In this document: in pieces, positions 52,887 to 61,717 of the stretch
Layout: each line of letters opens with the position of its first letter
Numbering within the stretch: the stretch's first letter is position 1
From: a virus
Direction: 5' to 3' (one strand)
Virus record (IMG/VR): IMGVR_UViG_3300032236_001232
Span: 99,948-163,947 of that record
Length of the DNA stretch: 64,000 bases
The notes under the pieces: model-generated
Databases searched by the model: none
Told to the model about the DNA's origin: nothing
What the model saw: the letters and a program-made list of their open reading frames with translations, nothing else
Position numbers and translations under genes: made by a program

Positions 52887-53264
52887 TTAAGGTTTATACT
52901 CAATAATTCCGTCGGATTCTCCGTCTTCGGAGACCACAATTTCATAATACCGTTGCCCGTATTTAGGAAGTAGATGATTTTCTAAAATATCTGTAGCAAT
53001 CATCTCACAACTTTTGTGATTTTGATTTCCAGATTTAATAAATTCTTGTAATGCCCATTTGACTAAGAAAAATTCCAATTCACGATCTAGATGTTCAACT
53101 GAAATTTTCACTTCTACTTTGAACATATGACGATGTTCATTTTCAAGAAACTGAATACGAGGATCAATTGTTCCAGCATTTGGATAATAATGAAACCCTT
53201 CAAATTCTGTGCGAACTTTGATAAAAGTCATCTTGCAAGGGCGAACATCTTGTCGAATAATCAT
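52887..53264 (-). CDS. QueD-like T-fold protein (DpdL-type motif)
   Basis: EGFHYYP, LENEHRHMF (LxxxHRHxF), DRELEF, SCEMIA, VSEDGE. Confidence 0.7.
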   Translation of the reverse strand: MIIRQDVRPCKMTFIKVRTEFEGFHYYPNAGTIDPRIQFLENEHRHMFKVEVKISVEHLDRELEFFLVKWALQEFIKSGNQNHKSCEMIATDILENHLLPKYGQRYYEIVVSEDGESDGIIEYKP

Positions 53265-53446
53265 TCTGGAGTCGCTTCTTTTTTAGGTGAGATTTTAGGT
53301 GACTTAGTCTTGGGTTTTTCTGGGAGATTGTCTTTCATCATATTATACATCTCCCACAGTTTCCAGTCAATGCTTTCCAGCAGTTTAAGCATACGCTCGT
53401 CTGTGCTGGCTTCAGGAACACCTTTGGTAATTTTACTAGTGATCAT
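53261..53446 (-). CDS. Hypothetical protein
   Basis: LESIDWKLWEMYN; ATGA overlaps on both sides. Confidence 0.5.
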   Translation of the reverse strand: MITSKITKGVPEASTDERMLKLLESIDWKLWEMYNMMKDNLPEKPKTKSPKISPKKEATPE

Positions 53447-53961
53447 TTTAGGATTTCGTCCTTGTTATATTGTTCCCAGCCTGTAAATTTACTACGATCC
53501 ATAAGAGTGTGTAGGCTGTGACACCACACTCCGGGATTGGTTGCGTTAAAATCTCGATCGTCGATTTTAACCATTGTATTGTAATTCCATAATTTCACGT
53601 ATGGAATGCTAATACGAATTTGTGGAATAAAATTGTTGTATTCGCAAAGTCCGCTATCATTAAATTCTTCAACAGCACTAATCGGAATATCTAGGCTACA
53701 GAGGTAATCCTTATTAAGGAAATCGCTAATCATTTCCTCCCAGGCCCGCCAGTATTCTGGATTGTCTGCAGGTGGATTGAAACTGTGATTGGCACCAAAG
53801 AAAATATGTTCACACCCTAGCAGATGTGTGTGAATATCTTGAAACTTTTGCAAGCCCACAACAAATAGTGTTTTCTTACCCAAAGCAGGGGTATGTTCTA
53901 CCTCCACTCCGGTAAAAAAGTTTACATCCTCAGTGGATTCGGTTGCGTATGTTCTTTCCAT
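53443..53961 (-). CDS. Hypothetical protein in DNA-modification cluster
   Basis: GVEVEHTP..G.KTLFV, HIFFGANHSF, KIDD.DF.ATNPGVWCH motifs look enzyme-like; first gene after a promoter. Confidence 0.6.
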   Translation of the reverse strand: MERTYATESTEDVNFFTGVEVEHTPALGKKTLFVVGLQKFQDIHTHLLGCEHIFFGANHSFNPPADNPEYWRAWEEMISDFLNKDYLCSLDIPISAVEEFNDSGLCEYNNFIPQIRISIPYVKLWNYNTMVKIDDRDFNATNPGVWCHSLHTLMDRSKFTGWEQYNKDEILK

Positions 53962-53967
53962 GTATCT

Positions 53968-53996
53968 ATTATAGTAGAATTGATAAAATTAATCAA
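53968..53996 (-). promoter_or_regulatory. Sigma70 promoter for QueD-like/glycosyltransferase operon
   Basis: TTGATT-17 bp-TATAAT. Confidence 0.7.
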
Positions 53997-54013
53997 TCGT
54001 AAATTTTACCAAT

Positions 54014-54403
54014 TTATTCATCGATCTCTACTAATTTTAGTGGACCGTAGAACCAATATTCGGTATCGTCATTGACCCACCCATCTCCTTCTAGTCCTTC
54101 AAAAAAATCTTCATCCCATAATTCCTGAATTCGTTCTTGTTCTTCTTCGTCCATATCTTCAGGGAAGTCCCATACTACCCAACAACCGTCGTCGAGTGTG
54201 TCTAATTCCCAGTCGTAATCGGAATTGGTAAGATCATATCCGTCTTCATTGTCAAGATCGATGTCGGGTTGTTCATCACTTTCGCACGAAAAGGTTCCCC
54301 AACGGTATCCCTCTTCTTTAGTAACGGTAACACCCTCTTTGGTCCAAAACTGTTTCTCTACAGCATTTTTCTTTGATGCGGTTGTTAGTTGCCATGTTGG
54401 CAT
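54014..54403 (-). CDS. Highly acidic hypothetical protein
   Basis: Roughly 30% Asp/Glu, Trp-rich; AGGAGA RBS. Confidence 0.6.
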   Translation of the reverse strand: MPTWQLTTASKKNAVEKQFWTKEGVTVTKEEGYRWGTFSCESDEQPDIDLDNEDGYDLTNSDYDWELDTLDDGCWVVWDFPEDMDEEEQERIQELWDEDFFEGLEGDGWVNDDTEYWFYGPLKLVEIDE

Positions 54404-54404
54404 G

Positions 54405-55967
54405 TTATTCTCCTAATAGTCCTTGTTCAAGTGCCCGAAGTTTTTCATCTTCGGGATTTTCTAGCCAAATATCATCTGCTCGTGTAACTTCTTCGATAGA
54501 AAAAAGACTACCAAACATATTATCACTTTGACCATTTGTTGTATTTCTAGCACCGGCAATGCTGGTTAAAAATGCCTTGGCATTGGGTTGTTCAAGCATA
54601 CCCATAGCCTCTGTGAGATTTTTAGTTGCAAAAAGTTCTTCAACGAACCGATCAAAATAAAGAATGCTTCGAGGAATCCATTCGCTAAATTGGTTGCTAT
54701 TGAGGTTTTTAGCGTTGAGTTTATTCCATTCGCGCCAATCTGGTTTATATTTGGTGCATTCAATATCAGCCAATTGATTGGCTCGTTGAACTGCTGCAAT
54801 ATGGCAATAAACATTATGCCCCATCATTAGTGCGTAGGCAAAACTATCCCAACTGGTAGCACCTTCTTTTCCTATTTTGTTTAGCATTCCCGGAGCATAA
54901 TGGCAAATATCGCCCATTACTAACCTGCGGCCGATTTCCGATTCGAATGGGAATGGGATTGTGGACTCTGCAAGTGCTTTGTTATCTGGTGCCTTGTCCA
55001 TAACAACACTGAACTTTTTGGACGTGTGGATTGCGTTGGTGTAAGTGAGTCCGTGTGCAGTTGCGACAAACGGTGAGGCGCAGTCAAAAGATATGGTAAG
55101 GTTTTCATTGATATGTTCTCTGATTCGTCGTTGAATTGAAGTTAAATAGCAAGCCCAATCTAGTTGAGCAGTTCCGAGAAAGTGTATCCAATCTTTTCCT
55201 TTAAGTAGTCCTTCTTCACGCAGGATCATTATGCGTTTCAGTGTCATGTCCATCTTGCTCATATTGACACCACCAAATGCCCAGCCTTCAAAAGCCTGGT
55301 CGCCGTAGATGTTATTGTCGCTGTATTCCTTAACACCTTCATACCATGTTTCTGCGCTGAGCCAATCGCTGCCCTGTAGAACATTTAGGTATTTTGTTTT
55401 ACCTTGACGATTCTTTATAAAAAATTCATTGTTGAATCGAGTCTTTAACAAGCAATCGTCTGGACTAGTCAAACCGGTTCTTACTCTGTTATTTTTATCA
55501 CAGGCCCAGATAGGAACGTCCAGTGTCATTGACCAATCTGCTGTTGCTTCTAACCAATTAACAATTTCACTGCGTGTTTTATTCGCCGATGCTCCTTCAA
55601 AGTCTTTCCAGTCAAATTTAAGAATACCTTTACCAATTTGGTATCCGCCGGAATCACCGAGAACCATGGTATTAGCACGATCTCGTTGTTGCAACATTGA
55701 ATCATCAGTAAAGGCTTTTTTAAGGTCCAACTGAGCATGACCTGCAGAGTATAGGGCATATTTGTATGTAAAATATCCCTGTTCGAGATTAAGAAAATTC
55801 ATACCCTCGATACCGCGATCAAACCCTATAGGCATACGGTCTTTGGGTATATATTCGCTGAGTCGTTGTTTGGCTACATAAGTGCTGTAGAACGAACTGA
55901 TAGCCGGAAGGAAGCAGGCGTAATCTTTATTCAAGATACTTAAATCTATCGGTGGTCTATTTTTCAT
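54405..55967 (-). CDS. dpdA: TGT-fold transglycosylase, DpdA-like (7-deazaguanine insertion into DNA)
   Basis: Probable start MKNRPP at 55967; [35 protein letters not shown]; clustered with queE and QueD-like genes. Confidence 0.75.
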   Translation of the reverse strand: MKNRPPIDLSILNKDYACFLPAISSFYSTYVAKQRLSEYIPKDRMPIGFDRGIEGMNFLNLEQGYFTYKYALYSAGHAQLDLKKAFTDDSMLQQRDRANTMVLGDSGGYQIGKGILKFDWKDFEGASANKTRSEIVNWLEATADWSMTLDVPIWACDKNNRVRTGLTSPDDCLLKTRFNNEFFIKNRQGKTKYLNVLQGSDWLSAETWYEGVKEYSDNNIYGDQAFEGWAFGGVNMSKMDMTLKRIMILREEGLLKGKDWIHFLGTAQLDWACYLTSIQRRIREHINENLTISFDCASPFVATAHGLTYTNAIHTSKKFSVVMDKAPDNKALAESTIPFPFESEIGRRLVMGDICHYAPGMLNKIGKEGATSWDSFAYALMMGHNVYCHIAAVQRANQLADIECTKYKPDWREWNKLNAKNLNSNQFSEWIPRSILYFDRFVEELFATKNLTEAMGMLEQPNAKAFLTSIAGARNTTNGQSDNMFGSLFSIEEVTRADDIWLENPEDEKLRALEQGLLGE

Positions 55968-56634
55968 TTCGTTTTTGTTCCCATAATTTTTTTCTTGCTT
56001 CGGACATTTTTCTTTTAGTCTCGTCTGACATTTTTCTTCCTTTAAGTGTAGCACTTATTTTTTCTTTTATCAAGTCCGGCACTACTTTACCTTTCTGAGA
56101 CGCACTCATTTTAGCACGAGTTTCATCACTTACTTCTACACCTAGCCTACTTCCAACTTGAACACCTTTTTTGCCTTTATTCCAAGGAATATTACCTTTA
56201 CCGGCATCACTTAGTTTGCGTTTATGTTCTTCAGATTTTGGCACCCCTTTAAGACCGGAAGATACCTTATCACCGTGATTCTTAGGAATACCTTTATTAG
56301 CATCGCTTATTTTTTTTCTGCCTTCCATTGTTAAATACGATCCTATTTTTTTGCCACGATTCCAAGGAATAATACCTGCTGATCCATCTCCACCGTCAGT
56401 TCTATTATGAAGTATACCAGTTCCTAAATCAACACGACCATACCATCTTATCATTCTGCGTTCAATAGAAAATGCTCCGAGTTCTGTTAAATTTGTTTCT
56501 AATATAACAATTCTATTTAGATCTTTAGGAACAATAACAGAATGGTCTTTATCCCATGCTCTGTTATCTTTTCCCTTACCGATGTAATATGGTGTTAAAT
56601 CCTTGGTTCTTAAGTAAGCATAAACATAAAACAT
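55957..56634 (-). CDS. Free-standing GIY-YIG homing endonuclease with NUMOD3-like repeats
   Basis: FYVYAYLR...PYYIGKG, E...[13 protein letters not shown]; PWNKG and [18 protein letters not shown] repeats; CATAAATA upstream. Confidence 0.85.
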   Translation of the reverse strand: MFYVYAYLRTKDLTPYYIGKGKDNRAWDKDHSVIVPKDLNRIVILETNLTELGAFSIERRMIRWYGRVDLGTGILHNRTDGGDGSAGIIPWNRGKKIGSYLTMEGRKKISDANKGIPKNHGDKVSSGLKGVPKSEEHKRKLSDAGKGNIPWNKGKKGVQVGSRLGVEVSDETRAKMSASQKGKVVPDLIKEKISATLKGRKMSDETKRKMSEARKKLWEQKRNEK

Positions 56635-56681
56635 AATAATCTCCTATATGTTTATTTATGCTTACTTGCGATATATTCCTA

Positions 56682-57053
56682 TTAGATAGAGTTGTTTTCT
56701 TTACTCAATATAATTGTTGCTTTTAACTGATCTTTGGCTCGCTTTACATTTTCATATGCTGCCTTTACAGCAGGATGATTCAATGATAAACTTTCTAATT
56801 CCATTTCCTGTTGGCGTTTTTCTCTGGCCCAGTCTAAAATACCGATTGCCTCGTTATCTAATTGTATACTGGCATGGGAACTTTGTAAAGGTTGCCACAT
56901 AGTACCGTCGTATACTTCTATATTATAAGTGGAGCCATTATATCGCATCATTCCTGCACTCTGTGCGCCACTATAAGGGTCGATGTAGGTGGTGGCAGGT
57001 TGTCCACCACTTACTGTAAGATATTTGCCAGAATGGAATAAACTTTTTATCAT
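56682..57053 (-). CDS. Hypothetical protein
   Basis: GMMRYNG...EVYDG..W, ILDWAREK, HPAV; ATGA overlap with the clamp gene. Confidence 0.55.
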   Translation of the reverse strand: MIKSLFHSGKYLTVSGGQPATTYIDPYSGAQSAGMMRYNGSTYNIEVYDGTMWQPLQSSHASIQLDNEAIGILDWAREKRQQEMELESLSLNHPAVKAAYENVKRAKDQLKATIILSKENNSI

Positions 57054-57784
57054 GCCTGTGCTGGAATAATGTATTTGTAGACTGCAAGTCCGCTATCTAG
57101 CGTAATCTGCATAGCACCTTCATTGCTGAAACTGATCTTAGCATTGTTAGCATCGGCAATTTTAAAAATGCCCAGCACAGATGCCACCGGCCATGTCCAG
57201 GACTTGGTGATTTTACCTGTAACACCGGTAGCAAATATAAATTCTCCGCCGTGTGTGCTAACATCGCCGAATGTAAATTTCAATTTGTCTCCATCGACCT
57301 TGGCCAAAAAGGTAACATGTTCTGTATTGGCACCAGCCTGGAATTGAAATCTCTGAATAGCACTAACGGTTGGCTCAACTTCTACATCCCATTTGACGCC
57401 ACGGAATTTAACAGTTTTAAGTTTCTCGTTGATGATGTCCTGGTTCATAAAACGGTAATCGTTTTTAAAATCACCATCTGCATTTTCAAAGTGGAGACCG
57501 ACTGGAACCAATTCTCCATTGCGAGTTTCGCGAACTACTTCAATAGTAGCATCCTGTTGATATTCTTTACCGTCTACTAGATAACGAAGTTTTTCCAGTT
57601 GAGGCATACCAAATGTGCCAATCATTTCTGGTTGTGGATCAGTAGTTTCGGCATACATGATTACGGTGCGGTCTTCTGCCATGGAATCAATGAGTGTCTG
57701 CTTATCGGTTCCTGTGACTTTAACAATGTTTAAGAAGCCAAGTTTTTGAGTATGGGCAACGATGTCTTTGAGTAGGTCTAGCAT
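57050..57784 (-). CDS. Probable DNA sliding clamp (gp45-like)
   Basis: Probable start MLDLLK at 57784 (244 aa); directly after DNA polymerase; two-domain beta-rich pattern, C-terminal ISFS.EGAMQI......YKYII. Confidence 0.6.
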   Translation of the reverse strand: MLDLLKDIVAHTQKLGFLNIVKVTGTDKQTLIDSMAEDRTVIMYAETTDPQPEMIGTFGMPQLEKLRYLVDGKEYQQDATIEVVRETRNGELVPVGLHFENADGDFKNDYRFMNQDIINEKLKTVKFRGVKWDVEVEPTVSAIQRFQFQAGANTEHVTFLAKVDGDKLKFTFGDVSTHGGEFIFATGVTGKITKSWTWPVASVLGIFKIADANNAKISFSNEGAMQITLDSGLAVYKYIIPAQA

Positions 57785-57803
57785 GATATATTTCCTTTGT
57801 GTT

Positions 57804-57832
57804 AGTTTATTTAGATTTTGAAGCAAAGTCAA
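57804..57832 (-). promoter_or_regulatory. Sigma70-like promoter overlapped by a TAAATA late motif
   Basis: TTGACT-17 bp-TAAACT; CTAAATA overlaps the -10. Confidence 0.55.
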
Positions 57833-57840
57833 GGCAAAAA

Positions 57841-60513
57841 TCAATCAAATGAAAAAAGATTACCAAATGTGTTGTTCTGTGTAGTCGAGTCTAAATCCCA
57901 TTCCAGAACTCCAATGAGATTATCTAATTTGTTATTGATGATAGTGGCTTCCATTTCACCGTGATCAAATGGCAATTCTTGAAACCATTTAGGCAAACGC
58001 AGTTCATCGACAGGATATGCCACGCTGGTATATCCTAATGGATTATCTCTCAGTTTGCACACGATTACTTTCATGCCATCAACAATATTCATAGAATATT
58101 TGTCGCCGTTCATTCGTTTGAGCGTATTCCAATTAATACTGGCTCTAACATGACCGGGCATATTGGCCTTGCCTTGTTTAGCTTCTTTAGCTTGATATTC
58201 GGTGATGTTGTTAGCTCGTTTAGGACTGCCTTTTTCCCAACCGGGTCGAGTTTTAAAATCTGTTCTAAATTCGCTAATTCTCTCTAAGATTTCTTCTTCT
58301 TGGGCACCGTTTAGCACTTTAGTCAAAATCTCTTCCAAGAACTTTTGCATAAATTCTGGAGTATCACTGCGTTTAAGATCTAGACCCATGGCCTTAATCT
58401 TTCCTGGCCTTCCTTCCACATCGAGTCGCTTGCCTTCTTTATCATAGTTAAGAACAGCATAGCGTTTCTTAGTAATGAATAGTCCCTTAATAGCAACGAT
58501 CTCTCGACCGGCTTTAATAACTTCACCACGTGTTTTAGGACAATGAAATGCCTCCAACATAAAATCTGCAAATGTTGAGTTTACTTCATCGGCTACCGTA
58601 TCGTATAGTTTGACCACGGTGTCTTTGTCCCAGGCAATTTCGCCTTTGGCGATTTCATTCTTCAGTGCAGTATATGCTGTAAAGTAAGCACTATCTGTAT
58701 CACCGTAAATAACAGCCTTGCCTACATGGTTATAGTCGCCAGTTATGACTTCGTTAATTTTGCCAGCCATGTGTCGGGCAATTGAACGCCCGGTAAGGGT
58801 GGTAGACTGACCGATGCGATTATCAAAGAACCTACAACCAGCGTTAAGAATAGCACCGTATAGACTGTTAAGATTAATTTTCTTAACCAGTTGTCGTTTG
58901 TCCCAGTATTCTTCTTCAATTTTATTCTCCGCTTTAATAGCGTCTTTTAGTTTGGCCTGCATTTCTTTACGTTCAGCATACCAGCGTTTCAGCAGTCCGG
59001 GAATAATACCTTCAAACTCGTGGGTGAAGATTGTGCCATTGGCAGAAAGCATCCATGGTTTACCACCATTAAAAACCATTTCGTAGATTTGAGCACCGCT
59101 CATGATCTCAGTTCTGCCATCTTCCCAATCAACCACAATGTCATGACTGCGATCTTGTGCCATAACAAATTCGTATTCATTAGTGCCGAATTTACCTTCC
59201 CATGCAGCAGCAAAACTAGAGCCCTTGGCCATTTTAACGTCAATTTCTTCTTTCGTATAATCCATGCGTAATTGACCGATGATGGTTTCTGGGCCCATAT
59301 TGAGTGCTCGAATTACTGATGGATACAGACTGTTAATGTCCATACTACCAATCCAGTCATGTAGACCTTTTTTAGGATATGCTACATAAGCACCTGCCGC
59401 TTGTGTATCTGTTCCATCTTCGCTACGTCTGGGTCTGCTGGGCACCATCATTCCACGACGATGTGCTTCATTAACAATGGCCTGTTCAGTTACAGCCACA
59501 GCACCCATAGTGGTCTGTAGCAGCACAGTATTTTCATGTGCAATAGTATTGGCTAGATCCAGGAACTTGAGTTTTTTGTCGAGTTTGTCCAGAAGTGCGC
59601 AGTCTTGCCTGTTGTATTCAATGAATTTGCGGAAGTCGTTGTTGTAGAGTTGGTCCAGAGATCCTTCGTAGACTGTTTTGTTTTCACCGATTTCCATTTC
59701 TCCAATGGCATCCAATCGGTATGTGTGACGCTCTTCATATGTATATTTCCTGTAAAGTTCCAATGAATCTAAATGAACGCGACCGACTAGGTCATATGTA
59801 ACAGCAGTTTTTCCATACTTTTCATATTCACGTTTTTTAGGCATCTGATCCCACAGACAAAACCTGCGAGTATCCTCTTTGCTTAAAACCTTGGTGACTC
59901 TATTTACCGTATATGGTATATCAAATCCTTCGCTGTTCCACCCACTAAGAACATCTGCGTCTTCGATAAGATTAAGGAATGTATCTAACATTTCATATTC
60001 TGTTTCAAATAGGATAGTGTTAGGGAATTCTTTAACCTGTTCTTGTGCCTCTGCTATAGTCAGTGTTTTAGGCGGAACAGCCAAACATACCAGCGTATCT
60101 AGCCACTGTAGATGAACAGCAATGGCAGTGATGGGCATAAAAGCATCATCAGGCGATGCATATCCCCGTTCTGGATCAAAGTCCACCTCAATATCGAAAA
60201 ATGCTACGTTTAGTTTTGGAGCATCTCTATCCAAGTAGTTTTCTTCAAGGCAGCGAAATATAGGATTCATGTCGCTTTCATACAAGCGATGATTGCTGTG
60301 AATCTTTTGTTCTTTGGTAAATTCTTTGAAACTTTTAGCCGTTACCTTATTCAACGGCTCGTTATGGATGCTGCGATATTTTCCTCGAGCATCTGGATAA
60401 TAGAAAATGTATCGGGCGGCGTATTCTTGATAGATACGACCTTTTTTTGGATCTCTTTCAATGACCTGGACAATATCTCGGTCACGATCCCAGCGGGCAT
60501 CAACATAGCTCAT
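57841..60513 (-). CDS. gp43: Family B DNA polymerase (gp43-like)
   Basis: Probable start MSYVDA at 60513 with AGGAGA RBS; exonuclease FDIEV, GWNSEGFDIPY, YNRQD; polymerase DINSLYPS, KINLNSLYG, YGDTDS, KKRY. Confidence 0.97.
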   Translation of the reverse strand: MSYVDARWDRDRDIVQVIERDPKKGRIYQEYAARYIFYYPDARGKYRSIHNEPLNKVTAKSFKEFTKEQKIHSNHRLYESDMNPIFRCLEENYLDRDAPKLNVAFFDIEVDFDPERGYASPDDAFMPITAIAVHLQWLDTLVCLAVPPKTLTIAEAQEQVKEFPNTILFETEYEMLDTFLNLIEDADVLSGWNSEGFDIPYTVNRVTKVLSKEDTRRFCLWDQMPKKREYEKYGKTAVTYDLVGRVHLDSLELYRKYTYEERHTYRLDAIGEMEIGENKTVYEGSLDQLYNNDFRKFIEYNRQDCALLDKLDKKLKFLDLANTIAHENTVLLQTTMGAVAVTEQAIVNEAHRRGMMVPSRPRRSEDGTDTQAAGAYVAYPKKGLHDWIGSMDINSLYPSVIRALNMGPETIIGQLRMDYTKEEIDVKMAKGSSFAAAWEGKFGTNEYEFVMAQDRSHDIVVDWEDGRTEIMSGAQIYEMVFNGGKPWMLSANGTIFTHEFEGIIPGLLKRWYAERKEMQAKLKDAIKAENKIEEEYWDKRQLVKKINLNSLYGAILNAGCRFFDNRIGQSTTLTGRSIARHMAGKINEVITGDYNHVGKAVIYGDTDSAYFTAYTALKNEIAKGEIAWDKDTVVKLYDTVADEVNSTFADFMLEAFHCPKTRGEVIKAGREIVAIKGLFITKKRYAVLNYDKEGKRLDVEGRPGKIKAMGLDLKRSDTPEFMQKFLEEILTKVLNGAQEEEILERISEFRTDFKTRPGWEKGSPKRANNITEYQAKEAKQGKANMPGHVRASINWNTLKRMNGDKYSMNIVDGMKVIVCKLRDNPLGYTSVAYPVDELRLPKWFQELPFDHGEMEATIINNKLDNLIGVLEWDLDSTTQNNTFGNLFSFD

Positions 60514-60525
60514 AATTTTTCTCCT

Positions 60526-60574
60526 TTTGTCTTTTGCGGCAGACAAATACCCTAGCGATCATTTGTGGCTGATC
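60526..60574 (-). promoter_or_regulatory. Tandem hairpin operator in polymerase leader
   Basis: GATCA-GCCACAAA-TGATC and TTTGTCT-GCCGCAAA-AGACAAA directly before the Shine-Dalgarno. Confidence 0.6.
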
Positions 60575-60583
60575 TAACCTTAA

Positions 60584-60883
60584 TCAATGTGTATTTATTA
60601 ACAGTCTTACCAGGCCTGTGGAATCAATGGTGACAAGCAGGCAGTAGTTAGCCAGCATACCAAATGAGCGCCTAGTCCAAGCAGCCCAGGCATAGATAGC
60701 ACAACCAGAAATCCAAAGAGGGTACATGTAAATAAAGGGAGGGGATGGTACTGTTCCAGCCATCGCAATAGCACACCCAATACTAATAGCCCAAGCAATG
60801 AGCTCCATAATAAACCTAAAACGATTGGATTCATAATCATTCCTAATCCACTCCAGGGTCGGCCTGAACAGAGTATTAATCAT
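60584..60883 (-). CDS. Small membrane protein (about 3 TM segments)
   Basis: Hydrophobic helices. Confidence 0.6.
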   Translation of the reverse strand: MINTLFRPTLEWIRNDYESNRFRFIMELIAWAISIGCAIAMAGTVPSPPFIYMYPLWISGCAIYAWAAWTRRSFGMLANYCLLVTIDSTGLVRLLINTH

Positions 60884-60886
60884 TAT

Positions 60887-61162
60887 TTATTCATCATCTT
60901 TGCGTCGATTGGCATGACCACTGATATCCACAATGGATTCAAGATCGTCAAATTCACGGAATACTTGATCCCACGTGTCTTTCTGTGCAATGCGAATTGC
61001 TTTTTTGATCACACTGGGTTTTACTTCCAGTTCTTCGGCTACTGCTTTGATAGTATCATTAAGACCTTCGGTGAGATCTTGGATTTCCTGCATGACTGTA
61101 ACCCCTTCGGCAACGATCTGCTTGATCTTAGCCTGTTCGGGCGCACCATATGCTTTACTCAT
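60887..61162 (-). CDS. Small dsDNA-binding/transcriptional regulator (T4 DsbA/GapR-like)
   Basis: Probable start MSKAYG; coiled helix then IKAVAEELEVKPSVIKKAIRIA. Confidence 0.55.
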   Translation of the reverse strand: MSKAYGAPEQAKIKQIVAEGVTVMQEIQDLTEGLNDTIKAVAEELEVKPSVIKKAIRIAQKDTWDQVFREFDDLESIVDISGHANRRKDDE

Positions 61163-61184
61163 AGAATAATTCTCCTTATACACT

Positions 61185-61213
61185 AGTATAAGAGATTATT
61201 TGTCTGTTGTCAA
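61185..61213 (-). promoter_or_regulatory. Sigma70 promoter for polymerase operon
   Basis: TTGACA-17 bp-TATACT. Confidence 0.8.
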
Positions 61214-61717
61214 GAATGTATTGGCAAATGTTTCGCAAAGTCTGCGTATATCAGGATTGGCAGATTCTTCTAAGGTGAACTCACGTTCATCGTGTTGATC
61301 ATCGCCCTGTGTAGGATCCATGTATCCACAATAGACTTTACGGACCGGGCTGCGGTTGATTAAATCGGTGCAGCTTTCCTTGTAACGATCATCTGCAGTT
61401 ACATCGTGCAATTCATTACAAGGACTCAATGTAGTGATGATGATACTGCCCTCTGGTATCTCACCATATTCTCTATGGTATTTGTCTATGGCCACACGTT
61501 CGGCATGAACTCGTGTTCCGTCGTCGGCAGGTTGATTTATTCCAAATACAGGACGATTGTCTGGATCCAACACACAAGCGGCAACCATGCCGTAGTGATC
61601 GGCATCCTTTTGCTGTCCGTGAACTATCATCTCGCACAGTTCAACTAGGATATGATCCAGTTTTTTTAGATTATGTATTTCATATCTATCTGGATCATAG
61701 ACTTCGTTTATTTTCAT
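61196..61717 (-). CDS. Zinc-dependent cytidine/RibD-like deaminase
   Basis: VAACVLDP, HAE, TTLSPC..(insert)..C, VYCGYMDP. Confidence 0.8.
   Translation of the reverse strand: MKINEVYDPDRYEIHNLKKLDHILVELCEMIVHGQQKDADHYGMVAACVLDPDNRPVFGINQPADDGTRVHAERVAIDKYHREYGEIPEGSIIITTLSPCNELHDVTADDRYKESCTDLINRSPVRKVYCGYMDPTQGDDQHDEREFTLEESANPDIRRLCETFANTFLTTDK

Noticed and set aside
55968-56054. N-terminal extension of dpdA in the ORF track, or an intron/fusion with the homing endonuclease
   Set aside because: Overlaps the endonuclease in another frame; a start at 55967 gives a normal short overlap. No upstream exon or intron structure is evident.
57841-60513. Intein or intron in DNA polymerase
   Set aside because: 890 aa with normally spaced motifs; no intein ends or interruption.
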